DNA of 64,000 nucleotides from a bacterium (GCA_965261595.1 CBDHDG010000003.1:128001-192000), one strand, 5' to 3'; positions 20,427-31,599 are shown, counted from the first letter of the stretch. Notes: generated by a model not told the origin, from the sequence alone. Translations and numbers: made by a program.

Positions 20427-21266
20427 CTATCCTCTCTCTTTCAGGATGCGGTATATCCGTTGGACGCTTGCGGATTCCACATCGTCGCGGATTTCCTCGT
20501 AATTTTCATCCTGAACGCAAAGATCCTGAAATTTCACAGTGGCGGCCGCTTCCTCTTCCGAGAGCCCGCGGTCCATCGCGTCGCGTACTCGGGAGAGCAC
20601 CCCCTGGATCTTCTCCTCCATCAGACCGATGCTTTCCTTCCCGCAGACCGGGCCATGGCCGGGGACGATCCGGTCCACATCCAGGGCCTTGAGCCGCTCC
20701 AGGGATTGAAGCCACTCGAAGGGGTCCGAGTCGTGGAACCAGATGAGAAAATCGACGAACAGATTGTCGGTCGCGAAGAGCACGCCCCGGTCCGGAATGT
20801 AGACCGCCGTTTGTCCCTCCGTGTGGCCGGGCGTATGAAGGAGCTGGATTTCCGACTCGCCGACGTAGAGGGTCATGTCGCGGGAGAACGTGATTTCGGG
20901 GGCGCGGGGTTTGTAAACGCCCGCGATGCGTACGCCTTCCGGGTCGACTTCTTCAATCCAAGGACCGGCTCCGTCAATCCCGAAACCCCACATGGAGGAC
21001 ACCTTGTAAAAATTCTCATTTGTGGCGTCATGCGCCGCCACAATTCCTTCGTAATAAGGATTTCCCATCGTGTGATCCCAGTGGTACTCGGTGTTGATGA
21101 GCCATCGGACCGGGCCATGCGCGGAGATCTCCGCTTTCCAGCCGGGCCAGTCCGTCGGCTTTTGCGGTGTGTCCACCATCACCACGCCGTCACGGGTCAC
21201 AATGAAGCCCGGATTACATCCGAAATAATTCGTTTCGGCGAATATGCCTTTCACGACTTCTTCCAT
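20427..21266 (-). CDS. MBL-fold metallo-hydrolase (cyclase-like)
   Basis: VMVDTP, NTEYHWDHTMGN, HTPGHT, ATDN, VPGHG. Confidence 0.88.
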   Translation of the reverse strand: MEEVVKGIFAETNYFGCNPGFIVTRDGVVMVDTPQKPTDWPGWKAEISAHGPVRWLINTEYHWDHTMGNPYYEGIVAAHDATNENFYKVSSMWGFGIDGAGPWIEEVDPEGVRIAGVYKPRAPEITFSRDMTLYVGESEIQLLHTPGHTEGQTAVYIPDRGVLFATDNLFVDFLIWFHDSDPFEWLQSLERLKALDVDRIVPGHGPVCGKESIGLMEEKIQGVLSRVRDAMDRGLSEEEAAATVKFQDLCVQDENYEEIRDDVESASVQRIYRILKERG

Positions 21267-21363
21267 GATTTTCCTTTCCAAAATTGGATGAAGTCCCGCA
21301 TTCTAACATGCCGTCGGCGCTTCTCCCCCCCCCCTCCCCCCCCCAACGCGAAATGCGCGAAGC

Positions 21364-23493
21364 CTATCGAAATGCGGGGGGGGGCTTCGCGCGGTTGAAA
21401 GAAAGGGAGGGTGCCAGGGCATTGTAGATGGTTCTCGCGAGGACGTAGAGGCCGAAGCCCTGGAACAGATTCACGAAGGGTTCCACGGTGAAACGCCACC
21501 ACTCGTTGTTTTCCGTCAAGAGATGGATGAGGGTCTTGTACCCGATGAGCAGATAGAGCGGGGAGAGCGCCTTGGCGTCCGCCCGGCTCGTCCATACACC
21601 CAGCAGGAACAGGACCGTAAGGAACGCGCCGATGAAATGAATCAGCCGCTCGTTTCGGACCCAATAGACGAAGGCCGGATTGAAGACGTATCGCTTCCAG
21701 TTCCAGAAGGTGTAGAAGTTGTAGGCGAGGTCGGTCCCGAGCGCCTGAAGCGTCGTCAAGGGATGCCTGACCGCGAACCGTCCGAATGCTTGAAGGAATT
21801 GGGGATCGATGGTCTTCAGCGGCGTAGACTTGACATGCATTTGGAGAGAACGGAGTCCGTACTGGGATTTGATGGTGTCCGGACTGTTCAGCTCGAACCG
21901 GCCGATGGAAACGTAGTTCCTCGCCATCATCGGCAGAACGACCAGCAGGAACCCGAGGACCCAGGCGGCCAGAGTCCCGGCCTTTCGCGGCCGGATGAAC
22001 CTCCAGTGCCAGATGAGGCCTCCGATGAGGAACCACCGATATTCGGGCCGCGTCAAGACCAGCGCGCCCAGCAAAACCCCCGCGCCTCCCGCCCGCGAAA
22101 TCAGCCCTTTCTGTTTTCCCTCCTTCGAAAGATCCTGGAGGCGGCGCATCGTCCATATGAGGAGGGTGAGGAGAAGCAGGCCGAGTGTTTCCGAGCCGAG
22201 GTACGTCCCGTAGCCCACCAGATAGCCCCTGCCCGCAATCAGAAACGCGCCGATTCGCGCGGCGCTCCCTCCGAACCACCTCACCCCCATTTGAAAGAGG
22301 AGGACGATGGTCAAGGCGGCGATGGCGGCCTGGAGGATCCGGATCGTCCCGGGGCTGTGGCCGACAACCTTGTAAATCCCAAAGTAAAACAGGCTCGGCC
22401 CGGCGTTGTATTTGTAAAGTCATAGGCGTGGATCCAGGATGTTTGCCTGTCCTCCGGCGAGAAGCTAGGCCGTCTGGTCATACACCCCGCTGTCCGGGCC
22501 CGCCAGGAAGCGGGGGTCGAGGTCCGCGGCGTTCAGACCGAGGGCGAACGCCAAGCGGAGCCCGAAGGCGAACAAGCCGATCAGGACGGCGAAAGCCCGG
22601 TCGTCCTCCCGAAACAGAACCACCCAATTTCCGAGTGACCGCCGGAAGCGGGTCATCCTTCCGGCCCATGGACCCGCCCGAGAAAAACGCCGGCCCAGGA
22701 GTATCGCGACGAGGACCCCCGACACGATGATCAATGACTCGAAATTTCCCCGAATCGCTTTTTCAAGGATGGACCCCGCCAGGAAAAGGGGAATCGGGAG
22801 AAAGAACCCGAGCCTCCCTTCGCGTGTGGCCGGACCATCGTGTATGGGGCGGCCTGCCAGGCATCCCGCCACGATTCGAATGGACCCCATGGTCAGGACG
22901 ATGTAAAAAGTGAATATTCCCAGGACACCCGGAACTTCCCGAAGGTCCCCTGGCATCCAGCGGGGAGGGAGGCTTTCGCCCGGGGCCAGGAGGATGGCCA
23001 GTCCGGAAAGGGACAGGACCAGAAGAACGGCGCCCGGCATGGTCTCCCGCACGCTCAGGGAGTGCATCCATCTCCAGGCAAGGGTGTAGAGAACAAAAAA
23101 AACGAGGAATATCAGGACAAAAAACAACCCGAGCCAGGACTCGAAAAGAGAGCGGATGCGATCATTCGAACGAACGCCGCCGCCGCGAGAGCCATCAAAG
23201 GCCCGAGCCGCCTTCGGTGTTGACCGGTGTCGCTTGATTGGAATGTGGAGTCCATGCTTCGCCCATTTGTGGATGAAAAACAGCGGCTTTCTTTTTCGGC
23301 CGCGTCCAGCTTTACCATGCGCCGAAGCGGAAAATCCGCCCCCGCCGCTCCCGGTTGCGAAGGCAAGCGCCCGACTACTGGGCCCGCCTCCCATGCGAGG
23401 TATGCTATCATGGGGAAGATGTGAACCGGAGCGGGCGCCTGCCCGGATCCCGGGAGTGGGTTCGGAATCCATCGCCATGTGAGGAAGATTCAC
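21364..23493 (-). pseudogene. GT-C fold (ArnT/PMT-like) membrane glycosyltransferase with two in-frame stops; the true start is probably downstream of 23493
   Basis: ORFs 22465-23493 and 21364-22314 are in the same frame, separated by TAG 22465-22467 and TGA 22420-22422; DSGVYDQTA, LGSETL and LTRPE motifs. Confidence 0.7.
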
Positions 23494-23497
23494 GGGA

Positions 23498-23846
23498 ATG
23501 GGCCGCGTTGCCCGGCGCTATCTGAAGAATCTCAGTGCTGTGTGGCGCTTTCTCCTATCCCTCTCGGTGGTTTTGGCGCTGATTGCGGCGGGGGTTTGGG
23601 TGGCGGGGCGGATTCCGGCGACCACCCGGGTCGGCGTCAACTACGTTGTTATCCAGAAAGATATTTCCCTCCGTGAGAAGGCCGTCCATTTTCTCTCTCG
23701 CCACTTGACGATGCGGCGCTTGGCGAGCGACATCACCGGAAAAAAGCGAACGGCCGAGGAGAAGGCCCTGGCCATCCAGTCCTGGGTGGTCGAGAACATC
23801 ATGACGCCGGAGCGGGCCGGAAGGCTCCCCATCATCGACGACCATC
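23498..23846 (+). pseudogene. N-terminal fragment of a membrane-anchored, possibly transglutaminase-like protein, cut by an IS
   Basis: TM segment followed by LASDITG…EEKALAIQSWVVENI; runs into the IS end at 23847. Confidence 0.4.
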
Positions 23847-23934
23847 TGACCTGCCCCCCTGAAACCGGTCCGGTTTGAGAGTTAGGATTTTCGCACGGCT
23901 TTCGGGACTGGATTGGCCTAGAAAGGGGGCAGTG

Positions 23935-24213
23935 ATGAGTCGGAAGCGATTCACCGCGGAGCAGATCATCCACAAGCTTCGTCAGGCCGAGGTGGAGTTG
24001 GCCAATGGGCAGAGGATGGCTCAGGTCTGCAAGACGCTGGGGATCTCCGAGCAGACCTATTACCGGTGGCGGCGGGAGTACGGAGGCCTGCGCCTGGACC
24101 AGGCGAAACGACTGAAGACACTGGAGCAGGAAAACGCCCGGCTAAAGAAGCTGGTGGCCGAGCAGGCCCTGGATAACGCCATCTTGAAGGAGGCCTCCCA
24201 GGGAAACTTCTGA
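23935..24213 (+). CDS. IS3-family OrfA
   Basis: MSRKRFTAEQIIHKLRQAE…ISEQTYYRWRREYGG…RLKTLEQENARLKKLVA. Confidence 0.92.
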   Translation: MSRKRFTAEQIIHKLRQAEVELANGQRMAQVCKTLGISEQTYYRWRREYGGLRLDQAKRLKTLEQENARLKKLVAEQALDNAILKEASQGNF

Positions 24214-24236
24214 GCCCGCCTGCGCGGCGGCGGGCG

Positions 24237-25106
24237 ATGGAGCATGTGCGGGAGAAGCTGAGCGTGTCCGAACGTCGCGCCTGCCGGGTGCTGGGTCAGG
24301 CCCGCTCGACTCAGCGGCGCTCTGCCCAGGTCCCTGACGATGAGGCCCGTTTGGTGGCGCGGGTGACAGAGCTGGCGAGCGAGTACGGACGGTACGGCTA
24401 CCGGAGGATAACGGCTCTGTTGGAAAGAGAAGGCTGGCGAGTGAATCACAAGGGGGTGGAGCGGATCTGGCGCCAGGAAGGCCTGAAGGCGCCGAAGAGA
24501 CAGCCCAAGCGAGGGCGTTTATGGCTGAACGACGGCTCTTGTGTTCGCAAGCGTCCGTCTTATCGGAATCATGTGTGGTCCTACGACTTCCTGGCCGCGA
24601 GGACGCACGATGGGCGGCCTTTACGGATGCTGGCTGTGATGGATGAGTTGACCCGGGAGTGCTTGGCCCTTGATGTAGAGAGAAGACTCAACTCCGAGGA
24701 CGTCCTGGACCGCCTCACCGAGTTGTTCGTCCGGCGTGGCCTGCCGGCTTATATCCGCTCGGACAACGGGGCGGAGTTCACGGCGAATGCGGTGAGAGGG
24801 TGGCTCACCCGTCTTGGGGTGAGAACGCTTTACATCGAGCGGGGCAGTCCCTGGGAGAACGGCTATGTGGAGTCCTTCATCGGCAAGCTGCGCGATGAGC
24901 TGCTCAACGGGGAGATCTTCTACACCCTGACAGAGGCCAAGGTGTTGGTGGAGAGATGGCGACAACTCTACAACCGGGTAAGGCCCCATAGTGCCTTGGG
25001 CTACCGGCCCCCGGCGCCGGAGGCCATCGAACCAATGCCTCCGGGCATCCCTACACTTTCGGACATCGGGGAGCAGAGACTAACTCAAAAAGTGGTACAA
25101 CTTTAG
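24237..25106 (+). CDS. IS3-family OrfB integrase
   Basis: YGYRRI, WSYDF, IRSDNGAEF, PWENGYVESF, RPHSALGY. Confidence 0.93.
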   Translation: MEHVREKLSVSERRACRVLGQARSTQRRSAQVPDDEARLVARVTELASEYGRYGYRRITALLEREGWRVNHKGVERIWRQEGLKAPKRQPKRGRLWLNDGSCVRKRPSYRNHVWSYDFLAARTHDGRPLRMLAVMDELTRECLALDVERRLNSEDVLDRLTELFVRRGLPAYIRSDNGAEFTANAVRGWLTRLGVRTLYIERGSPWENGYVESFIGKLRDELLNGEIFYTLTEAKVLVERWRQLYNRVRPHSALGYRPPAPEAIEPMPPGIPTLSDIGEQRLTQKVVQL

Positions 25107-25127
25107 GGGGCGGGTCAGTGGTGGGGT

Positions 25128-25637
25128 GTGCTGTACGCGGCTCACTTTCAGCTCTATCGGCGAAGTCTTCTTTATATCACCGCAGTCGAAAAGTTCTCTC
25201 TCTGGAGGACCGGAAATCCGATTCCGTCATTGGAGATTGACGATCGCTATCGGAAAAGATTTGAGGAGAACATTCTCGAGCTGATCCGGGTTTGTCGGTC
25301 AAACAAGGTGAAGTTGATCATCATTCTTCAGCCACTTGCCTTGAGCGAAGGCGTGGCCGAATTTCTGAGGGGAATGTCGTCGGATGAATTGGCGGGTCTG
25401 CTCCGAAGTGGAAAGTTCGCGGCCCAGGCCCAGGTCTTTCAATCCGTTCGGCAGAAAGTCCTGCTGGCCCGGTTGGTCGAATTCGCAAAAACCCATGGGC
25501 TTGCCGTCGTGAATCCGCTGCCGTTGTTCGAGGAGAACAAGGCGAAGGGAAGGGTCTTGTTCGAGGATATCGTTCACCTGACCCCGGAGGGGAATGCGCT
25601 GTTGGCGGACTTCATCGCTGGCGCCGGCCTGTTTTGA
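25128..25637 (+). pseudogene. C-terminal fragment of an SGNH/GDSL hydrolase
   Basis: FEDIVHLTPEGNALLA (DxxH block V); N-terminus missing at the IS boundary. Confidence 0.7.
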
Positions 25638-25680
25638 GGGATGATTTCCTCCCATGTTTTTGACGGCGAGGTTCGATCTT

Positions 25681-26296
25681 TCACAGGATTTGGACATCCC
25701 AATCGTTCATGTGTACAATGGTCCCGGTCAGCACGTAGCCGGGACCGATAAAATGATATGTCTGGTTCGGCTTGAGCGGTTTTCCTTTGTAGAACAGGTA
25801 GGCTCCGCGTACGAAACTTTGGTTCCAATGAATTCTGGCTTGGATGCGTAACCGAACTCGGACGGGACGCGGGTCGGTCGCTTTGCGCGGAGGATGTGTC
25901 AGCGGTTCCGGGAGGGCCGCTCGGGTTTCTTTCGGCATTCCCTTCACGTCGATGATCTCGACGACTGTATGCCGGTCCCCGGTGTCCATGTGGCCCACGC
26001 GGATCTTCTTAGCCGTTTCCCCGTCGAGGTCCGGTAAGGAGCAGGAGCACGTCATCGATCACCGCCGGGACCGGTCTGAGAATTGTTCCGACCAGGATTT
26101 TCGTGGTGCGGACGGGTGTTGCGACCTCTCCTTTGACGGGACTGGAAGCGCTCCGGGCGCCGGGAAGCCGGAAAGACAGGAGAAGAAAAAGAGCGGTCAG
26201 GACCAGCATGAGGTCAAACAGGTGAACGGGCCCGCCTCCCAGCCTTCCACGCTCGTCGATCCATTTCATGGGAATCGCCTCTCCGGCTCTTTCCAA
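25681..26296 (-). pseudogene. DUF4330-like membrane-anchored protein, frameshifted
   Basis: MKWIDERGRL…FDL plus TM at the N-terminus and FYKGKPLKP…YVLTGTI at the C-terminus, in different frames. Confidence 0.55.
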
Positions 26297-26488
26297 GGGG
26301 AGGGCGGAGATTGGGGGTGGGTCGGCCCGGTTGAATTCATGTCATCCATGTACACCTTGATCGCTCCCGGGACAAGCCACAAGGTTCCCGCCCGGCCCAC
26401 GATTCGCGGGTCAAGGATTTCCGGGGCGAATTCCGGACATCTTATCATCCACCAACCATTTCACCTCCCGTGAGCCGAACAATCGGAA

Positions 26489-27698
26489 TTGGGATCGAAG
26501 AATTTTCCGGCAGGTGCGTTTATGGATCTTCCATGTGAGGGAGTAGGGAGAGCCGTGGAAAAGAGGGGGACATATTTTCTTTTCTCCGTCGCAACCGTCC
26601 TGGCGGTTCTGCTGATGGTGGAATTCAGCGCCCGTGTAATTTATTCATTCTATTATCGCGGTCCCGAGGCCCTGATGTATGGATTTCGCTATTCAAACCT
26701 TGGGGCCGTTGTCCGCGCCATTTCGAAAAAAAGAACAGGTGAATGGAATCGGAGAGAGAAAGAAAAGGTCGAAGCCGTTGGGAACGAAGAAGGTATCGGT
26801 CCGATCAATTCGTACGGTTTTGTAGGTCCGGAATTCCCGGTGCCAAACCCGAGGGGACATTTCGGATTGTTGCCTTGGGCGGCTCCACGACGCAGGGCAA
26901 GCTGGGAAGGACGGTCGAAAGAACTTACCCCTACACCAGATTTTTACAGGAAGTCTTCGATCGGGAAAAGAACAAAAGCACCTTGATGAGAAATGTCGAG
27001 GTGATCAACGCCGGACAAGCGGGAATGGATTTGAAGGGGATTTACCACCGACTGAAAGAGAAGGTGTTGCCACTCGATCCGGACCTGATCATACTTTCCA
27101 ATGGGTGGAACAACATTGTGCCTTTTACGCGCCTCGCCCTTCAGAGTGAACAACGAGTTGCGGTCTCCGTGATGACTCGCTTGTCTCGGTATAGTCTGTT
27201 CATTGTCGGGATGCGCACTCTCACGGGAAGGGTTTTTCATGGAGACCCTTCCCATTACTGGACTCGAGTCGATAGAGCGAAAATATCCCGGGCGATCGCG
27301 AATCATCCCGCCTTTCCGAGTTACAAGGCATCATTGTCGGAAGTCATCCGGTTGCTTCAGGAGAAGGCGATTTGCCTTCTCTTATGATTCGGCAACCCTA
27401 CAAATACCGGAAATTCCATTTCAATCCTCCGAACAGATTGTATTACCTGTATCCCATCATACACATTTACAAGATCCAGGTCGCTGCCTCGAAGATGTTT
27501 CGAGTTCCGGCGGTGGACGCGGAAGTGTTTTTCAATCAACTTCCTGAAAAGCGGACACTGTTCACTGATGTTATGCATATGACCCCGGAGGGATATGAAA
27601 AGTTGGCTCGCATCATTTATCGTTCGATCATAAATCATCGCTTGTTGGAGAAAAGAGGATGCGGAAGCGCGGGGTCGGACGAGCGACAGAGGCTTTGA
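26489..27698 (+). pseudogene. SGNH/GDSL hydrolase-family protein split across three frames
   Basis: INSYGFVGPEF; RIVALGGSTT; EVINAG; PDLIILSNGWNN; FTDVMHMTPEG. Confidence 0.8.
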
Positions 27699-27858
27699 TC
27701 GCCGGTCCTTTCTGCCGGGCCGGAACGGTGTCAAATCTTGAAGGAAGGTATGTATTCGCGGCGGGAATTGTATGATCTCGATGATTCAGCATGAATAAGT
27801 TCTGGATCCGGCTGATCGGTCGGCCCCTTCTGCGAAGGATTGTCGGGTTTTGCTTACA

Positions 27859-28230
27859 CCCAGATATCCCATATGGATCATAACTTTTGTCGGACCGGAG
27901 GACATTTTCTGGAGTAAAATCAATGCATGAGCCTCCCCGAGCCATCCTCTCGCGGGGTAATCCAATGGGTGAAGCGAAAAAGTGGGCGTTGAAGGTCCGT
28001 TTTGAGCGTCGGCTGAGGCTTGAGTTTCACGGAACCAGAATGACTTCGGATGCGGGATTGCTGGCCTGCCGAGAGGGATCAAGCACTGGTCGTTACGCGG
28101 CCTTCAGCTTAAGCTCCTCAAAATGGGCGGCCGGCTCGTGCGGTACGCCCGCCACATCACCTTCCAGTTGGCCGAGGTCGGTGTATCCAGGAAGACATTT
28201 GCCCTTATCTTGGAGAGAATCAAGCGATGA
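27859..28230 (+). mobile_element. Internally deleted IS1380-family element (left end plus fused transposase N- and C-termini)
   Basis: MGEAKKWALKVRFERRLRLEFHGTRMTSDAGLLACRE is joined near 28075 to IKHWSLRGLQLKLLKMGGRLVRYARHITFQLAEV; end CCCAGATATCCCATAT. Confidence 0.85.
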
Positions 28231-28389
28231 TGCCCGGTGCCTGTCTAGCGACCCTAAGCGGAGTCCACACAAGGGCAAAATGACGAAGACTCCAAACCTG
28301 GTGGTCAAGCCCGTTTACACGCCGGCGCTGACATGGTTTTCCAATGGCGGATACCGCTCCGATCAGGGTTTCAGGCGCCCGAAATGGTG

Positions 28390-28418
28390 TTGACAGCCCC
28401 GGTAAAGAGGGCTCTAAT
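28390..28418 (+). promoter_or_regulatory. Sigma70-like promoter in the IS1380 3' tail, facing outward
   Basis: TTGACA-17 bp-TCTAAT. Confidence 0.45.
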
Positions 28419-28467
28419 TGAGTTAAAGAGCAACGGGTGGTCAATACAAGAGTTGTCTTGATTTAAA

Positions 28468-28744
28468 CCGGGATTTCCCAGATGACCACTCTTAGCCATC
28501 CTGCGGTCCTCCTGTGTCATCAAAGTACCCCATTTTACTACAGATTCAGGGTCTCTTTGCAGAACCCTCTGCTCAATCGAGGGGCAACGGCCGTCCTAAA
28601 GCCGCAATCCCTTGAAAACCCAGCTCTACCGGCACACTCAGGGGAGTTCGGCACAGACTGATCCCCCGTCTCCACCACGTCACTAAGCTTCCGGGCCATC
28701 TGCTCCGTCATCCGGTATCTGGTACGGGAGGCGGTAACCACAAC
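28468..28744 (-). mobile_element. IS1380-like right-end remnant, copy A
   Basis: Ends in CATCTGGGAAATCCCGG on the minus strand; homologous to 58855-59064. Confidence 0.6.
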
Positions 28745-28959
28745 TGGACCGCCCCTGGGTTATTGGACACTCGGGTGAGGGTATTCGACCTCATGCGGCC
28801 TCCGCAACTTGAGCGAGTTTTTCCTGCCTTGCCTGGGCCGGCGTTCGGTAGCCGTAGCCCTCGAGAATCCAATGATGGTTGTACAGGTTCTTGAACTCAA
28901 GCAGCGCCCACCGCAGTTCCTCTACGGTGGCGAAAGAGCGCACCCACAGGAGATTCTCC

Positions 28960-30402
28960 GAGCCTGTCCCATTCATAGTTGAAGGTTGAGAAAAAGAGGT
29001 GGCGGTTCACTCCTGCCGACTCGTTTAGAATCGGGTTGGCAAACATTCAAAGAGGAGGAACCGCCATGAGTGAAGCTTACCAGATCATCGAGAAGAAAGA
29101 GACCCAAAGGTTGGCCGCCTTTGTGGCGGAGCACGGGCAGGCGTTTTTTCCTCTGGTGTCGCTGGTGGAGCAGTCCCAACTGGCGGTGGAGGACCTGATG
29201 GACGTCATGGGCCGGGCGGGCCTGGAGGCCGTGCTTTTGCTGTCGGCCAAGGGCTTGACGGGCGCGCCGCATCCAGGCAAGCGGGGTGGCGAGGTCCGCC
29301 GGCACGGCAGCCAGGGGGGCCGGGTGACCCTGAAGGGGCGCAAGCTGAAGGTGAGAAAGCCGCGGCTTCGCCGCCGGGGCCAGGGTCGGGGCGGGGAGGT
29401 GGAGGTGCCGGCGTATGCGGCCATGCAGGCCGACCCTGGGCTGGGGGAGCGGATGCTGGATTTGCTGATGCGAGGGGTCTCGACGCGGAACTACGCGGCC
29501 GTTCTTCCCGAGCTGGCCGAGACGGTGGGGGTGTCGAAGTCGGCCGTGAGCCGGGAGAGCATCGAGGCGGCCGAGGCGAAGCTGCGGCGTCTTTGTGAGC
29601 GGCGTTTTGACGACATCGACCTCCTCATCCTCTACCTGGACGGTCTGCGCTTCGGCGCGCATCACGTCATCGTGGCCGTTGGGGTGGACACACGGGGCCA
29701 AAAGCACGTTCTGGGCCTGAGGTCGGGCGCCACCGAGAACGCCACGGTCGTGACGGCGCTTCTTGAGGAGTTGGTGGAGCGCGGCGTGCGGCCCGGGCGG
29801 CGTCGGCTTTTCGTCATCGACGGCTCGAGGGCGCTTCGTGCGGCGATTGACCGGGTGTACGGGGACGACAATCCGGTGCAGCGGTGCCGCAACCACAAGG
29901 TGAAGAACGTGATGGACCACCTGCCCGAGGAGTTGAAGGACCCGGTGAAGGCGACGATGAAGGCGGCCTGGCGGCTGGCGCCGAAGGAGGGGATTGCCCG
30001 TCTGCGCAAGCAGGCCCGGTGGCTTCAGATCGAGCATCCGGACGCGGCCGCCAGCCTTTTGGAGGGTCTGGAGGAGATCTTCACCGTCAACCGCTTGGCT
30101 CTTCCGCCCGGCCTTCGGCGCTGCCTGGTGAGCACGAACCTGATCGAGAGTCCCTGTTCGGGGGTGCGGATGCGCACCCGGCGCGTCGGCCGCTGGCGGG
30201 ACGGGGCGATGGTGAAAAGGTGGGCCGCTTCCGCCTTCCTCGCCACCGAGAAGAACTTCCGTCGCCTGGACGGCTACCGGGACCTGTGGATCCTGAAGGC
30301 CGTTCTGGACGAGCCCCGCTTTGACACCCGAGAGGAGGTCGCATAAGGTGAACCACACACGGACCGCCGCCTCAAACCTTCAACTGAATTCGGGACACCC
30401 TC
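28960..30402 (+). mobile_element. IS256-family element type A, copy 1
   Basis: Ends GAGCCTGTCCC…GGGACACCCTC; 8-bp TSD GATTCTCC (28952-28959, 30403-30410). Confidence 0.95.
29066..30346 (+). CDS. IS256-family transposase
   Basis: GVSTR, LYLDG, FVIDGSRAL, QRCRNHK, STNLIES; RBS GAGGAGG before MSEAYQ. Confidence 0.93.
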   Translation: MSEAYQIIEKKETQRLAAFVAEHGQAFFPLVSLVEQSQLAVEDLMDVMGRAGLEAVLLLSAKGLTGAPHPGKRGGEVRRHGSQGGRVTLKGRKLKVRKPRLRRRGQGRGGEVEVPAYAAMQADPGLGERMLDLLMRGVSTRNYAAVLPELAETVGVSKSAVSRESIEAAEAKLRRLCERRFDDIDLLILYLDGLRFGAHHVIVAVGVDTRGQKHVLGLRSGATENATVVTALLEELVERGVRPGRRRLFVIDGSRALRAAIDRVYGDDNPVQRCRNHKVKNVMDHLPEELKDPVKATMKAAWRLAPKEGIARLRKQARWLQIEHPDAAASLLEGLEEIFTVNRLALPPGLRRCLVSTNLIESPCSGVRMRTRRVGRWRDGAMVKRWAASAFLATEKNFRRLDGYRDLWILKAVLDEPRFDTREEVA

Positions 30403-31146
30403 GATTCTCCTTCAAGATGCGGATGAACCACTCACAGTAGCCATTTCCCTCGGGCGCCCGCACGAAGCTGGGCGAACTGGTCATGCCCAGGTAGGCGATC
30501 TCCCGCTGAAAGTCATCGGACAGATAGGCGGGGCCGTGGTCGTGACGAACTTTAAGCCCCTCGGCGACGTCCGCCTCCAAGCCGGCGAAGCGCTCGGCGA
30601 CCCCCTGCCGGATCGGCTCCAGGGCCTCGAAGCGGTTGCCGCTCTTGGCCGCATGGATCCCCACGCAGTCCACCGAGCAGTGATCCACCGCCACGAACAC
30701 CGAGGCCATCCCCTCCTCGGTGGTCACCGTCGTCGTCATGTCCGTGCCCCACATTCGGTCGGGCCGCTCGGTGCGGATGGTCCCGTTGTGGGCCTTGGGA
30801 CCTCGGGGTTTGCCCACCCGGTGGGGGGCCTGAAGCCCCGCCTCCCGCATCAGGCGACGCACCCGCTCCTTGCTGGTGCGGATGCCCGCGAAGCGCAGCC
30901 TCGCCCACACCTTGCGGTAGCCCTCGCCATGGAAGGGAGAGTCCTCCAGGACCTGCCGGATGTGGCCGAGGAGTTCCGCATCGGTGCACGGGCCCACAGG
31001 GCCGCGCTTATTGGGCGTGGGGCGTTCATGAACGGGGACCGCCTCTCGCCGCCGTTGCGCGTAGACCGTGGAGCGCGCCAAGCCCCAAAGGGCGCACACC
31101 CGCTTCAGGCCGTAGGCTCTGCCCGTGGAGGTGAAGCGGGCCTGAC

Positions 31147-31560
31147 TCATCGCCTCCACCTCCTGCCGGCTAAAGGGCGGCCGGCCTCCAGGCGGTCGAT
31201 CTTCTCCCGCAGGACCTCGCCCTCCATCGTGAGTTCGCCCACCTTGGCCTTGAGCCGGGCGTTCTCCTCGTCCCGCTCATCCGCCGGGCGGGCTTTGAGC
31301 GCCGCCTCGCCCCCGCGAAGGAACGCCTCGCGCCAGGCGGAAAGCCGAGCCGCTGTCGTGCCCAACTCGCGGCAGAGCGTCTCCAGGCTCTCGCCCCGCA
31401 AAAGACGCAGGACCGCCTCCCGCTTGCGCTGGCAGGAGAACCGACCCCGCTCACTGCGATGCCCTGGGGCCTTGGCTCCGTTCGCCCTGCGGGCGCCCTC
31501 CGCCAAAGCCCCCTCTTGCTTTTGTTCGTTCATCGCGACACCCCTTTCTCCATGAATCAT
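31147..31560 (-). CDS. IS3-family OrfA (copy 2)
   Basis: Identical protein to 6271-6684. Confidence 0.9.
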   Translation of the reverse strand: MIHGERGVAMNEQKQEGALAEGARRANGAKAPGHRSERGRFSCQRKREAVLRLLRGESLETLCRELGTTAARLSAWREAFLRGGEAALKARPADERDEENARLKAKVGELTMEGEVLREKIDRLEAGRPLAGRRWRR

Positions 31561-31599
31561 GGATCAATCGAGTGTCCAACAAAACCCTAGAGCGGGGGA

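Larger units (their letters stand above)
23847..25117 (+). mobile_element. IS3-family (IS407-like) element
   Basis: TGACCTGCCCCC…GGGGGCGGGTCA ends; orfA/orfB with a GGGAAAC -1 frameshift heptamer at 24201-24207; no TSD. Confidence 0.93.
28745..31599 (-). mobile_element. IS3-family (IS2-like) element, copy 2, with orfB interrupted by IS256
   Basis: Same ends and ORFs as copy 1; orfB split into 30403-31159 and 28791-28959; flanks CAAC and CGGA do not match. Confidence 0.93.

Noticed and set aside
21325..21344. Poly-C tract upstream of the MBL gene as a phase-variation switch
   Set aside because: Intergenic, cannot be tied to promoter spacing, and its length is unreliable in this assembly.
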